From NCBI GenBank assembly GCA_044229975.1, contig JBGARZ010000020.1, positions 108,036 through 172,035 on the forward strand: DNA of 64,000 nt, in the 5' to 3' direction. How positions within the stretch are numbered: the stretch's first letter is position 1; each line of letters opens with the position of its first letter. The stretch is from Polyangiales bacterium (lineage in GTDB: Bacteria; Myxococcota_A; Polyangia; Polyangiales; Ga0077539). The position numbers and the translations under genes were made by a program. This document shows positions 1-9,135 of the stretch, piece after piece. Under the pieces are notes generated by a model. It made no database searches. It was not told where the DNA came from and saw only the letters and a list, made by a program, of their open reading frames with translations.

Positions 1-33
1 TCGGCGCGGGCGTCGGCGTGGCCGGCCAGGTGC

Positions 34-900
34 TCAACTCGCTGGTGAAGTGACCCCGGCGCGCGGCACCACGATCGCGTGCGGGTACGGCTCCCGCTCG
101 TGGAGCGCCACCTCGTAGCCCGTACCCTCCGCCAGCGCCTCGATCTCCCCCGCGCTGTACCGCTGATAGAACCCCGCCCCCGCCACAAACCCCGCCCCAT
201 CCGCCGCGCTCGTCCGACCGAGCACCCTCGCGAGCGCCTGTCGCAGCGGCACCCGCAGCGCCTCGACCCGACCGTTGGCGCGCCCGTCGTCGTCCGGCCC
301 GAGGTAGCTCAACAACACCGGCGCGTGCGGCGCGATCGTCCGCAACGCCTCCAACAAAGCCACTCGCGCGCCTGCATCTGTCACGTGCGACAGGCTCGCC
401 CAGCCCAGCACCACGCCGTCGAAGCCGCCGCCCACCGCGCCCGCGAGCGGTCCTCCGTCGCCGCGCGCCGCGCGCACCAGGTCGCCATACGAACCCTGGT
501 AAGCCGTCGCTCTCGCGTGCCCCACTGCCACCTGTCCGAGCGCTTCGGCGAGCCCCGGCGCCGGCTCGAAGGCCACCACCTCGTAGCCCAGCGCGCAGAG
601 CCCGGCGAGCTCGCGCCCACCGCCTGCACCACCGAGCAGCAATCGACCCGACGACGGAAACGGTGACGTGGCGAGCGCGGTGCGTTCCCACCCGAAGAGA
701 CCTTGCGAGAAGGCCGGGCCGCCCGGTGAGTAGGTGTCCTCCGCGGAGAAGACCGCGGCGTTGACGGCCTCGCGCTCGTCCTCCGAGAGCCCCGCGAGGA
801 GCAGCTCGGTGCGAACGAGCGCGGCGAGGCGCACCGTCGAGTGCACGGCGCGATCGGCGAGGAGGAGGGCGCGCGCCCAGGCGGGGATGGTCTTGGACAT
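34..900 (-). CDS. Class I SAM-dependent methyltransferase-like protein
   Basis: Gly-rich motif I-like LLLGGAGGGRE followed by YEVVAFEP (acidic residue at end of strand 2). Start moved to ATG at 900 (MSKTIP). Confidence 0.6.
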   Translation of the reverse strand: MSKTIPAWARALLLADRAVHSTVRLAALVRTELLLAGLSEDEREAVNAAVFSAEDTYSPGGPAFSQGLFGWERTALATSPFPSSGRLLLGGAGGGRELAGLCALGYEVVAFEPAPGLAEALGQVAVGHARATAYQGSYGDLVRAARGDGGPLAGAVGGGFDGVVLGWASLSHVTDAGARVALLEALRTIAPHAPVLLSYLGPDDDGRANGRVEALRVPLRQALARVLGRTSAADGAGFVAGAGFYQRYSAGEIEALAEGTGYEVALHEREPYPHAIVVPRAGVTSPAS

Positions 901-929
901 CGGGTCGATGGATACCCGATGCGGAGGCG

Positions 930-2222
930 CTACGGGGAGAGGCCCGTGGTGATGAGCGAGCCGTTGATCACGCACTGACCCGCGCCCTGGTTCATCGGGA
1001 GGGTCACGGCGTTGAAGGTGACGTTCATGCGGCCCTCGGCGGGCGCGAACTCGGTCGCGGTGACCGTGCCCGACACGCTGCGCCCGGTGTTGATGAACAC
1101 GCTCGGGCCGACGCCCACCTGGAGGTTCTGCTGACAGCGACGGCCGATGGCGCAGACGTCCACGGTCTGCCCCGGCGTCACGTCGCCGAGCTTCACGAAG
1201 AGGCGGTTGAGCGTCGTCCCGACGATGGCCACCACGTTGATGGCGCCCTCCGCGGGCATCACCCGGGTGACACCCTCGGGGAGCTGGAGCGCCGCGCAGT
1301 CACCCGTCAGCGTGAGCGTCGAGGTGACCAACGAACCACCACCGCCACCACCACCCGGGGCCGCCGGGACCATGCCCGGCGTCGGCGTGGCGCCCATCGG
1401 GGCGTTCATGGTCGTGGGAGGAGCGGTCGGCACGGGCGGCGGCTCGGGCGCCTTGGTGAGCTGACCCACCACGGAGAGGATCACGCCGAGCGGAGCCGCG
1501 ACGGCGCCGATGATGAACGCCTTCTTGGAGAGCCCGACGGAGCCCGCGAGCAGCTCGTCGCGCGACTTGTCCATGATGAGCAGCGAGGCCCAGCTCGGTG
1601 ACGAGATGGAGCCGTCGTCCTGGAGCTTGCCGTTGACGTAGAACGGCCCCTTTGGCTCAAGAAACTGCTCGCTCACGAAGTAGTTCGCCGTGACGGGGAC
1701 CTCGATCATGCGGCCGAGGGGGTTCTTCACCTGCACGCTCGCGGGGATGGAGAACCCGGGGGTGACTTCGAGGGGCTTCGACCCGAGCGACGCGAGCAGT
1801 CCGCGGCTGAACTTCTTCCGCTCGAAGGGCTTCGTCACGCAGAACTCACCGCCGCGCTTGGCGTCGATGGAGACCACCGCGGGCCCGCTGCCGTCGTTGA
1901 CTGCGAAGGGGACGGCCTGCGCGTCTTCCATCACGGTGTACTTGTTCTCGACGTTGTCTTCGCTCCACTCGACTTCGAGCTTCCACGAGAAGTAGACGCA
2001 CGGCGCGCCGCTCACCGGCGACGTCAGGACGTGCTGCGTCTGCACCTGTCCCTGCGTCGACAGGGCGCCCTTCGCGTTGGCGATGGAGCGCCCCTGCGCG
2101 CCCACCTGTCCCGACGGCGCGAAGGGCGTCTCACCCAGGCGCCCCGCGCGCATTTTCTGAACGACACCACCCGCCAGCGCCATCACGCCGATGAGAAGAA
2201 GAATTGCTCCGATTGCGATCAT
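930..2222 (-). CDS. Membrane protein with GIDE-like domain, Pro/Gly-rich linker and C-terminal Cys-containing beta domain
   Basis: N-terminal TM; LTSPVSGAPCVYF...VPFAVNDGSG typical of GIDE-like domains; second TM then Pro-rich linker. Confidence 0.5.
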   Translation of the reverse strand: MIAIGAILLLIGVMALAGGVVQKMRAGRLGETPFAPSGQVGAQGRSIANAKGALSTQGQVQTQHVLTSPVSGAPCVYFSWKLEVEWSEDNVENKYTVMEDAQAVPFAVNDGSGPAVVSIDAKRGGEFCVTKPFERKKFSRGLLASLGSKPLEVTPGFSIPASVQVKNPLGRMIEVPVTANYFVSEQFLEPKGPFYVNGKLQDDGSISSPSWASLLIMDKSRDELLAGSVGLSKKAFIIGAVAAPLGVILSVVGQLTKAPEPPPVPTAPPTTMNAPMGATPTPGMVPAAPGGGGGGGSLVTSTLTLTGDCAALQLPEGVTRVMPAEGAINVVAIVGTTLNRLFVKLGDVTPGQTVDVCAIGRRCQQNLQVGVGPSVFINTGRSVSGTVTATEFAPAEGRMNVTFNAVTLPMNQGAGQCVINGSLITTGLSP

Positions 2223-2386
2223 CGACCGGTCCCTCCGTCACGTGTCCACCCCGAGTGGCCACCGCCGCTCGGATTAGGTGAAGCACTCTACGGGTGTCGA
2301 GCGATTTCACGCGATTTCGTGACGGACGGCCGACACCACGCGTGCACGCGCGCTGCGTGCGGTGTCGCGAGACATGTCAGACCGAG

Positions 2387-2806
2387 CTATTTCGAGCGCA
2401 TCCGGTTGTTCTTCGCGAGGTGCTCCACCTCGGCGAGACCGAGCACCTCCAGCACCGGCGGTACATACATCCCGAAGCGCCCGCGCAGCCCCTTCTTCAA
2501 GCCGTACCAGCCGCCCACCGGGTTGCTCTCGGCGCGACCCCACGCCTCGACGGTCCCCTCGGCCGCGGGCTTCTGCTCGTCCGCGCTGCCGAGCGCCATC
2601 CAGTCGCCGTGCTTCTTCAGCATCGCGTGCAGGTCGTCGATGCAGCGAAGGTGGTACCGCAGCTGCGTCGACCCGACCTGCACCACCAGCGCGGGCGGGT
2701 CGAGCGTCTCGTCGCGGTACGCCGTGTACTCGCTCGTGCCCGGCGGCGTCTTTAGCGCCCAGGGGTTGTCCTTCGTCCCGGCCTCGCCACTCTTCTTCGT
2801 CACCAT
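2387..2806 (-). CDS. Conserved hypothetical protein (DUF6855-like)
   Basis: GTKDNPWALKTPPGTSEY...NPVGGWYGLKKGLRGRFGMY recognisable conserved family; RBS GAGGAG before ATG at 2806. Confidence 0.6.
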   Translation of the reverse strand: MVTKKSGEAGTKDNPWALKTPPGTSEYTAYRDETLDPPALVVQVGSTQLRYHLRCIDDLHAMLKKHGDWMALGSADEQKPAAEGTVEAWGRAESNPVGGWYGLKKGLRGRFGMYVPPVLEVLGLAEVEHLAKNNRMRSK

Positions 2807-2808
2807 GA

Positions 2809-2898
2809 TCAGCTCTCCTCGGCGCGCTTCATGAGGCACGCCGCGAACCCGTCGAAGGCCGGCTGAAGATCAGGGATGGCCTTCGTGAATTTCTTCAC
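2809..2898 (-). pseudogene. Possible C-terminal remnant of an SRPBCC/polyketide-cyclase gene
   Basis: Short frame VKKFTKAIPDLQPAFDGFAACLMKRAEES* resembles the terminal helix of SRPBCC proteins; no N-terminal part present. Confidence 0.3.
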
Positions 2899-2907
2899 GG
2901 TCGCGTT

Positions 2908-2925
2908 GGTAACACTTCAGTTACC
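2908..2925. promoter_or_regulatory. Palindrome GGTAAC-N6-GTTACC, putative ArsR operator copy 2
   Basis: Same half-sites and spacing as the palindrome at 3661-3678. Confidence 0.45.
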
Positions 2926-3357
2926 ACCCGCCAAGGTTCCGGCGGCTCTCGCGAGCGCCGGCAGGACGACGCCCCACGACGCCGCATAGCGCGGCGCACG
3001 CGCTTGAAACAGCGCCTCGCTGGCGGCGGTCGCCCGGTGCGTGACGGTCACGCGGGTGCCGTCGCCTTCAGCGCGGAAGGCCACCTCGACCTCCGTCGGG
3101 TGCTCGGGGTCGGTGCCCGGGTAGAAGTCGAGGAGCAGCCGCGAGGGTGGCTCCCACGCGCGCACCCGGCCGAGCTCCACCTCGCGCCCGTCCGTCGCCC
3201 GCTCGTAGAAGCGCCCCGACTCCAGCAAGAACATCTCCGCTTCCGCGTCACCCGTATGGCGCCGCTCAGGTGGCCACCAGGCGCCAACCTCCCTGGTCAA
3301 CAGGGCGAACGACCGCTCGACGGCACACGGCAGCCACACCGACTTCTCGATGGTCAC
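2917..3357 (-). CDS. SRPBCC/AHSA1-like ligand-binding protein
   Basis: TIEKSVWL...AWWP...GRVRAWEPPSRL...TEVEVAF..EGDGTRVTVTH..W pattern; overlaps the ArsR stop. Confidence 0.8.
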   Translation of the reverse strand: MTIEKSVWLPCAVERSFALLTREVGAWWPPERRHTGDAEAEMFLLESGRFYERATDGREVELGRVRAWEPPSRLLLDFYPGTDPEHPTEVEVAFRAEGDGTRVTVTHRATAASEALFQARAPRYAASWGVVLPALARAAGTLAGGN

Positions 3358-3656
3358 TTCGCCTCCTTCTCGCGCTGGGCGAGCTGTTCGAGGCGGGCGA
3401 GGGCCACGTCCCAGAAGCCGTCGAGGTAGGCCCGCACCGGCGCCAGACCTTCGAGGCGGATCGCATAGAGCGTTCGCGCCCCGCTCGACCGCGCCGTGAC
3501 GAGACCCGCCTCCTGCAACACGGCGATGTGCCGGGAGATGGCGGGGCGGCTCACCGGGAAGCGCGCGGCGATCTCGCCCACCGTCGCCGGACGGGCGCGG
3601 AGGCGGACCAGGATCTCACGTCGAACAGGGTTTCCGAGGGCGTCGAGCGCGTGCAT
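3354..3656 (-). CDS. ArsR/SmtB family transcriptional regulator
   Basis: ALGNPVRREILVRL...TVGEIAARFPVSRPAISRHIAVLQEAGLV winged HTH; start moved to ATG at 3656. Confidence 0.9.
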   Translation of the reverse strand: MHALDALGNPVRREILVRLRARPATVGEIAARFPVSRPAISRHIAVLQEAGLVTARSSGARTLYAIRLEGLAPVRAYLDGFWDVALARLEQLAQREKEAK

Positions 3657-3660
3657 GGAT

Positions 3661-3678
3661 GGTAACCGAGACGTTACG
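3661..3678. promoter_or_regulatory. Palindrome GGTAAC-N6-GTTACG just upstream of the ArsR start, putative auto-operator
   Basis: Inverted half-sites GTAAC/GTTAC a few nt upstream of the ATG. Confidence 0.55.
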
Positions 3679-4948
3679 CCTTCCGCGGCCGGTACAAAAG
3701 CATCCCCAGCGCCACCACGGCGAGCGAGAGCAGCGTCGGCCGCGGCGACCCCTTCGCGAAGCCCGCCAGCATCGCGATCGTCACCAGCAGGAAACCCCGC
3801 TCCGTCCACGGCGACCCCGGCACGCGGAACGGTCGCTCCAGCGCGGGTTCATTCCGGCGCAGCCGCAGCGTGGCCCACGCGCCCAGCGCATAGAACGGCC
3901 ACGCCCCCACCACGAACACCTGCGCGAGCTGACCGAACACCGACACCCGCGCGTACGCGAGCGCCAGGCCCACCGTCACCAGTGTTGCGACGGCCGGGAC
4001 TCCACGCGCATCGAGTCGTGAGAGCGCGCCGAGGCGAGGGGCGTCGTCGCCGAGCGCGGCGACCACGCGCGTGCCGGAGACGAGCCCGATGAGGCAACCG
4101 CCGAAGGTCGATGAGGCCACCAGCGCCACCAGCAGACGGGCGCCGCGGACGCCGTCGAGGCGAGCTCCGAGCGCGGCGGCGGGAGCGGTGGCGTGGGCGA
4201 GGCCCTCGGTGGAGAGCGCCCGGTGGAAGGCCACGACCACGAGCAGGTAGAGCGCCGTGACTGCGACGACGCCTGCGATGAGCGCGCGCGGAATGGTCCT
4301 CCCGGGAGCGCGAACCTCGGCGGCGAGGGAGGTGATGTCGATCCAGCCATCGAAGGCCCAGAGCACGGGGACGAGCGCGGCGATGAGCGCCGCCCACGAC
4401 ACGGGTGCAGTGGGAACTGGCAATGAGGGAGCGGGTGGGAGCACGAGCGCGACGACGGCGACGGCGGCGAGGGCGAGGACGCGCGCGAGGGTGACGACGG
4501 ACTGGAGGCGCGCGGCGGGCTTGAGGCCGAGGAGGTTGACCGCGCCGACGGCGACGATGACCAGCGAAGTGAGCGTGGGGACGCGCCAGGGGATGACGGC
4601 GGCGAGGTGTTCGGCGGTGACGCTCGCGAAGAACGCGACGGACGATGGGACCAGGACGAGGGTCATGGTCCAGCCGAAGGCGAAGGCGGCGCGACCGCCG
4701 AAGGCCCGGCGGAGGATGGCCGTGAGGCCACCGCGCTCGGGCAGGGCGGCGCCGGGTTCGGCGAGGGCGAAGGCTCCGAGGAGCGAGAGGGCGGCGCCGG
4801 CGGTCCAGACGGCGAGGGCGAGGTCGAGGCGGTGGACGGCGCGGGCGACGAGGGCGGGGGTCGCGAAGATGCCGCTGCCGACCATGGCACCGACGGTGAC
4901 CAGGGTGGCGTCGACGGTTCCGAGCACGCGGCGCTCGGTCGCGCTCAC
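3674..4948 (-). CDS. APC family amino acid permease
   Basis: VGAMVGSGIF, WAFDGW, RPFRVPG motifs; about 12 TM segments. Confidence 0.9.
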   Translation of the reverse strand: MSATERRVLGTVDATLVTVGAMVGSGIFATPALVARAVHRLDLALAVWTAGAALSLLGAFALAEPGAALPERGGLTAILRRAFGGRAAFAFGWTMTLVLVPSSVAFFASVTAEHLAAVIPWRVPTLTSLVIVAVGAVNLLGLKPAARLQSVVTLARVLALAAVAVVALVLPPAPSLPVPTAPVSWAALIAALVPVLWAFDGWIDITSLAAEVRAPGRTIPRALIAGVVAVTALYLLVVVAFHRALSTEGLAHATAPAAALGARLDGVRGARLLVALVASSTFGGCLIGLVSGTRVVAALGDDAPRLGALSRLDARGVPAVATLVTVGLALAYARVSVFGQLAQVFVVGAWPFYALGAWATLRLRRNEPALERPFRVPGSPWTERGFLLVTIAMLAGFAKGSPRPTLLSLAVVALGMLLYRPRKA

Positions 4949-4952
4949 GGCG

Positions 4953-5387
4953 TCAGGCGCGGACGCGGCGGACGGCGTCGCCGACGTCCTTGCCCTGCAC
5001 CACGGAGCCGGTGGTCTTGAGGTGCTTCATCGCGACGCCGGTGGCCTGGCCATCGTTGGCCGCGGCGCGGATGGCGTCGCGCACGGGCTCGAGCAGCGCC
5101 ACGATGCCGTCGACGTCGAGGGACTTCGGGAGAAGTGCTTCGAGGACGGCGATCTCCTTGCGGAGGGTCTCCTGCTGGGCCGCGTCGGTGGCGAGCGCGA
5201 GGGTGTCCTGGTTGGACTTCACCAGCTTGCGGAGAATGGCCTGCACGGGCTCGTCGCCGAGGGTCCCGCCCGCGCGCTCGACCGCCATGGAGAGCTCGCC
5301 GAGGGCCACGCGGAGGATCTCCTTGGTGACGGTGTCGTGGGCCTTCATCGCGGCCATCATCTGACGCTTGATCTCGTCGAGCAGCAT
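4953..5387 (-). CDS. GatB/YqeY domain protein
   Basis: MLLDEIKRQMMAAMKA...EIAVLEALLP...GVAMKHL..G YqeY pattern. Confidence 0.85.
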   Translation of the reverse strand: MLLDEIKRQMMAAMKAHDTVTKEILRVALGELSMAVERAGGTLGDEPVQAILRKLVKSNQDTLALATDAAQQETLRKEIAVLEALLPKSLDVDGIVALLEPVRDAIRAAANDGQATGVAMKHLKTTGSVVQGKDVGDAVRRVRA

Positions 5388-5690
5388 AGGGGTCCGTTGG
5401 GCTACGCCCCGGGGACGTGAGGCGTCAAGGCACTCATGGGCCGCCCGACGCGGCGCGGTGTCCGCTACGCCGCGCGTCACGATCGTTGACCCGTGACATT
5501 CCGCGTCACGCAATCTTGAAAGAAACGTTGCAAGCCCGAAAGGCTGTGATAACCCTCTCTCCCGTTGATCTGGCGGGCACCGGATCACTCTGCGCTTTGA
5601 CCTCGGCGTCAAAGCGTCAGACCACACCGACCCGAACGCCCCGAAAACCAGCCAACACGCCACGTCACCGGGGGAGCTTCGACACTTCAC

Positions 5691-6128
5691 ATGATGATCC
5701 AACGCAACAAGAACCTCTTCGCCCAGCGCTTCCGCGTCGTGCTCATCGGCGACGATGACCGCTTCACGCACGCCCTCGGCGAGCTCCTCCAGAGCGCCGG
5801 CTACGTCGTCGCCGTCACCACCACCGCCGACCAGTGCCTCGCCGAGCTCGACCGCCCCGGCCGCCGGGTGCTCATCGCCGACCTCGCCGCCACCCAGATG
5901 CAGGGCGTCGAGACCGTGCTCAACCTCCGCGATCGCCGCATGACGGTCCCCACCGTCGCCATCTCCTCGATGCCCAACATCGCGCAGCACTGCGCCGCCC
6001 TCGGGGTGCGCCATCACCTGGCGCAGCCGTTCCGCTTCGGGCAGCTCATCGACCTGCTCGAAGCCGTCGCGCGCCCGACGGTCTCCCCGGCCACCACCGG
6101 CGCCGTCAGCCTCGCGCTCGCCGAGTAG
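5691..6128 (+). CDS. Single-domain, atypical response regulator receiver
   Basis: LIGDDD...LIADL...VAISS...LAQPF receiver fold; conserved Lys replaced by Gln. Confidence 0.7.
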   Translation: MMIQRNKNLFAQRFRVVLIGDDDRFTHALGELLQSAGYVVAVTTTADQCLAELDRPGRRVLIADLAATQMQGVETVLNLRDRRMTVPTVAISSMPNIAQHCAALGVRHHLAQPFRFGQLIDLLEAVARPTVSPATTGAVSLALAE

Positions 6129-6221
6129 TCCCGCCCCTCCCCGTCTCCCTGCTGCACAAAATCACTGTCCACCGTCACAACGGTGTAGCCTCCCGCTCAC
6201 CAGGGAGGCTCCGTACCAGCC

Positions 6222-7262
6222 GTGGCGTCATTCCTTTCCATCCTCGGTCTGCTCGGGATGCCGGTCGGCATCTACCTCATCACCCTCTGTGCACGCGGGG
6301 CCACCACCCCGTGGGCCTGGGCCTGGATGGTGACCTACGTCCTGCTCGACCTCGGGTGCTTCTCCCTCGTCGGCAACCCCCGCCGGGGGCGCATCCTCCT
6401 CGGGCTCGGCACCGTCCTCCTCGCCGCCATCGTCGGCCTGCGTCACATGAAGAGCTACCCCACCGGGCTCGGCTCCAACGTGCGGCTGCCCGCCAACACC
6501 CCCGGCCGCTGGATCAACCGCCTCGCCGAAGAGGCCGACATCGGCCCGATGATGCTCACCGCCTTCGGTGACTTCGGCGCCTTCCCCGGCGACGACGTCA
6601 AGCGAGCCCGCCCGTACATCAAGCGCTCCTACCGAACGCTCCGCAATGACCCGGAGTTCGCCCCGGTGCCGTCCACCGTCGCCGCCAACATGCTCGGCAT
6701 GACCTCGACGGCCGCGACCGAGACCCTGGTGTTCAACCCGCCGCCCGAGGGCCGCGCCGACCGCGCCATCATCTTCCTCCACGGTGCGGGTCCGCTCTTC
6801 AAGCTGCCGTGCTGGATGCTCGCGCGGCGCATGCCCGACGCCATGATCGTCTGTCCCACCGTCGGCCTCCGCGGCGAGTGGACCCACCCCAACGCCGCGG
6901 CGACGTTCCAGAGCGTTCTCTCGTGGACGCGGCAGCGCGCCTCGGCCGTGTACGCCATCGGCTGGGGCACCGGCGGCCACGCGCTCTTGCGTCAGCTCAA
7001 CAGCAACGCCCTCGGGCACGTCTCAGGGATGGTGCTGGTCTCGGGCTACGACGAAAACTACTTCGACGACGTGCGCCGCTCGGGCCTGCCCATCCTCATC
7101 CTGCGGGGCGACGCCGATCAGCGGACGCCGGCCTTCCGCGTCGAGGGGCTCGCGGGCCTCGACCGGGTTCGCAACCTGGAGATGCCCGGCGACCACTTCG
7201 TGTTCTATGAACAGGAAGAGCTCGTGCTGGAGGAGCTGGACTCCTTCTGCGGCGCACACTGA
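6222..7262 (+). CDS. Membrane-anchored alpha/beta-hydrolase-fold protein
   Basis: Three N-terminal TMs, IIFLHGAG, AIGWGTGG at the nucleophile elbow, LRGDAD, GDHF. Confidence 0.6.
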   Translation: MASFLSILGLLGMPVGIYLITLCARGATTPWAWAWMVTYVLLDLGCFSLVGNPRRGRILLGLGTVLLAAIVGLRHMKSYPTGLGSNVRLPANTPGRWINRLAEEADIGPMMLTAFGDFGAFPGDDVKRARPYIKRSYRTLRNDPEFAPVPSTVAANMLGMTSTAATETLVFNPPPEGRADRAIIFLHGAGPLFKLPCWMLARRMPDAMIVCPTVGLRGEWTHPNAAATFQSVLSWTRQRASAVYAIGWGTGGHALLRQLNSNALGHVSGMVLVSGYDENYFDDVRRSGLPILILRGDADQRTPAFRVEGLAGLDRVRNLEMPGDHFVFYEQEELVLEELDSFCGAH

Positions 7263-7280
7263 TCCCGGAGAACGTCGACG

Positions 7281-7973
7281 ATGGCCGCGCGCAGCGAGAA
7301 CGGGTTGAATCCAGAGGCTGACGCCACGTCGAAGGCCCAGGATGCTGCCCGCGCCCGACAACGAGACCGTGACCTCATCGACCGCGCGGCGGCGGGAGAC
7401 CTCCGCGCCTTCGAAGAGCTGGTCCGCCACCACCAGCGCCGCGCCCACGCCGTGGCCTACGGCATCGTGCGCAACCCCGAAGACGCCCGCGAGGTCGCGC
7501 AGGACGCCTTTCTTCGGGTGCACCGACATCTCAAGGATTTCGAGGGCGGCGCGAGCTTCAGCACCTGGCTCTACCGCATCGTCTACAACCTCTCCATCGA
7601 CCTCCTGCGCCGCCGGTCGCCCGGCCGCGCCATCGAGCTCGAAGACCACACCGACCTCGACGGCGCGCCCGACGAGTGGCTCCCGTCGCGCGGCGAGTCC
7701 AACCCCTTCGCGGCGCTCGACCGCACCCGCCTCGTCGAGGCCATGCAGCGCTGCCTCGACGAGCTCCCCCCGCACCACCGCACGGCCATCCTGCTGCGCG
7801 AGGTCGAGGGGATGTCCTACGAGGAGATTGCGGAAGCCATGGAGGTGCCCAAGGGCACCGTCATGTCGCGCCTCTTCCACGCGCGTCGCAAGATGCAACG
7901 CATGCTGCGCGAGCACTTCGGCGAAGAGGTTCCCAAGACCGCGGACGAGCGAGACGCCGAGGAGGCACCGTGA
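7281..7973 (+). CDS. ECF-type sigma-70 factor
   Basis: DAREVAQDAFL, FSTWLYRIVYN, GMSYEEIAEAMEVPKGTVMSRLFHAR. Confidence 0.95.
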   Translation: MAARSENGLNPEADATSKAQDAARARQRDRDLIDRAAAGDLRAFEELVRHHQRRAHAVAYGIVRNPEDAREVAQDAFLRVHRHLKDFEGGASFSTWLYRIVYNLSIDLLRRRSPGRAIELEDHTDLDGAPDEWLPSRGESNPFAALDRTRLVEAMQRCLDELPPHHRTAILLREVEGMSYEEIAEAMEVPKGTVMSRLFHARRKMQRMLREHFGEEVPKTADERDAEEAP

Positions 7974-8638
7974 CCGCGCGCGATGACCACGACCCGCGGC
8001 TCACCGAGGCGATGGCGCTCTGGGCGGAGACGGCCGTGCCGGCGCTGCCCGACGACTTCACCGCACGGGTGATGGCCGACGTGGCCGCGGCGCAGGCCGT
8101 GACGGCGTGGGCGGACGAGGCCGTGCCCGAGTTGTCCGACGACTTCACCGCGCGGGTGATGGCCGACGTGGCGGTGGGGCGCGCGGTGGGCGCGTGGGAG
8201 GAGAGCGTCCCCGAACTGCCCGATGACTTCGCGGCGACGGTGGCGGCCAGGGCGGCGCGGCCGAAGCTCCAGGTGGTCGACGGCGGAGGCGGGAAGCCGG
8301 CCACGAAGACCGTCGAGGCGGCGCCGCGGTCGGGGCGGGGATGGCTGTGGCCGGTGGTGGCGGTGGCGGCCGCGGGGCTGCTGGCGCTGTGGACGTCGCG
8401 AACGCCCGCGCCCGGTGAGCACCACGACGTGGTGGCGCAACACATCAACGCCGATGTGCCGACGGTGACGCCGGTGGTGGAGCCGGTGCTGGTGGCGATG
8501 GCCGAGGTGACGCGGGTCGACGTGGTGGGGGTGCAGAGCGTCGCGGTGATGTCCGTCGCGGGGGAGGGCGGGGGCGTGGCCTCGCCGGTGGTGTGGATCA
8601 CCGACAAGGACGAAGACGACGGGACGAGGATGCAATGA
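7970..8638 (+). CDS. Putative membrane anti-sigma factor with three 29-aa repeats
   Basis: GTGA overlap with the sigma stop; PDDFTARVMA repeats; single TM; C-terminal VVWI motif. Confidence 0.7.
   Translation: MTARDDHDPRLTEAMALWAETAVPALPDDFTARVMADVAAAQAVTAWADEAVPELSDDFTARVMADVAVGRAVGAWEESVPELPDDFAATVAARAARPKLQVVDGGGGKPATKTVEAAPRSGRGWLWPVVAVAAAGLLALWTSRTPAPGEHHDVVAQHINADVPTVTPVVEPVLVAMAEVTRVDVVGVQSVAVMSVAGEGGGVASPVVWITDKDEDDGTRMQ
8021..8248 (+). repeat. 87-bp-period intragenic tandem repeat, about 2.6 copies
   Basis: Trp codons at 8021, 8108 and 8195 start W-x4/5-VP-x-L-x-DDF units. Confidence 0.8.
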
Positions 8639-9123
8639 GGGCGCGGGCTTGGTGGGGCGTAGCGTTGGCGGTGGCGATGGTTCCGGCGGTGGGCGCGGCG
8701 GTGCCGCGGAGGCATCCATCGACGGTCGCGGGTGATCAGCGCGCGGCGCAGCAGCCCGCGGTGGGCACGCAGGTCGAGGTGCTGGTCATCGACGCGGGCC
8801 CAGGGACGGGGGGCATCGATCCGGGTCTCGCGCGGCTGTCGCAGCTGCGGCGGGCGCCGTTCAACATGTTCACGGCGATGCGGCTGGTGAGCCGGTCGAC
8901 GCTCGCGCTCGGGACGACCCCGGCGCGGGCCGAGCTGCCCGACGGGTCAGCGACGGTGTCGCTCGTGTCGCGCGAAGGCGGGCGGTACACCTTCCAGGTG
9001 GCGCTGTCGCAGGGCTCGCGCGGCGGCAACATGACCTTCGTCGCCAGCGCCGGGGAGCCGGTGTTCACCGTGCGTTCCAATCGCGAAGGCCGGGCGATGA
9101 TCCTCGGGTTCATCGTCCGCTGA
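8635..9123 (+). CDS. Secreted hypothetical protein, third gene of the ECF operon
   Basis: ATGA overlap; signal-peptide-like N-terminus MRARAWWGVALAVAMVP. Confidence 0.7.
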   Translation: MRARAWWGVALAVAMVPAVGAAVPRRHPSTVAGDQRAAQQPAVGTQVEVLVIDAGPGTGGIDPGLARLSQLRRAPFNMFTAMRLVSRSTLALGTTPARAELPDGSATVSLVSREGGRYTFQVALSQGSRGGNMTFVASAGEPVFTVRSNREGRAMILGFIVR

Positions 9124-9135
9124 GGGAGCGGCGCG

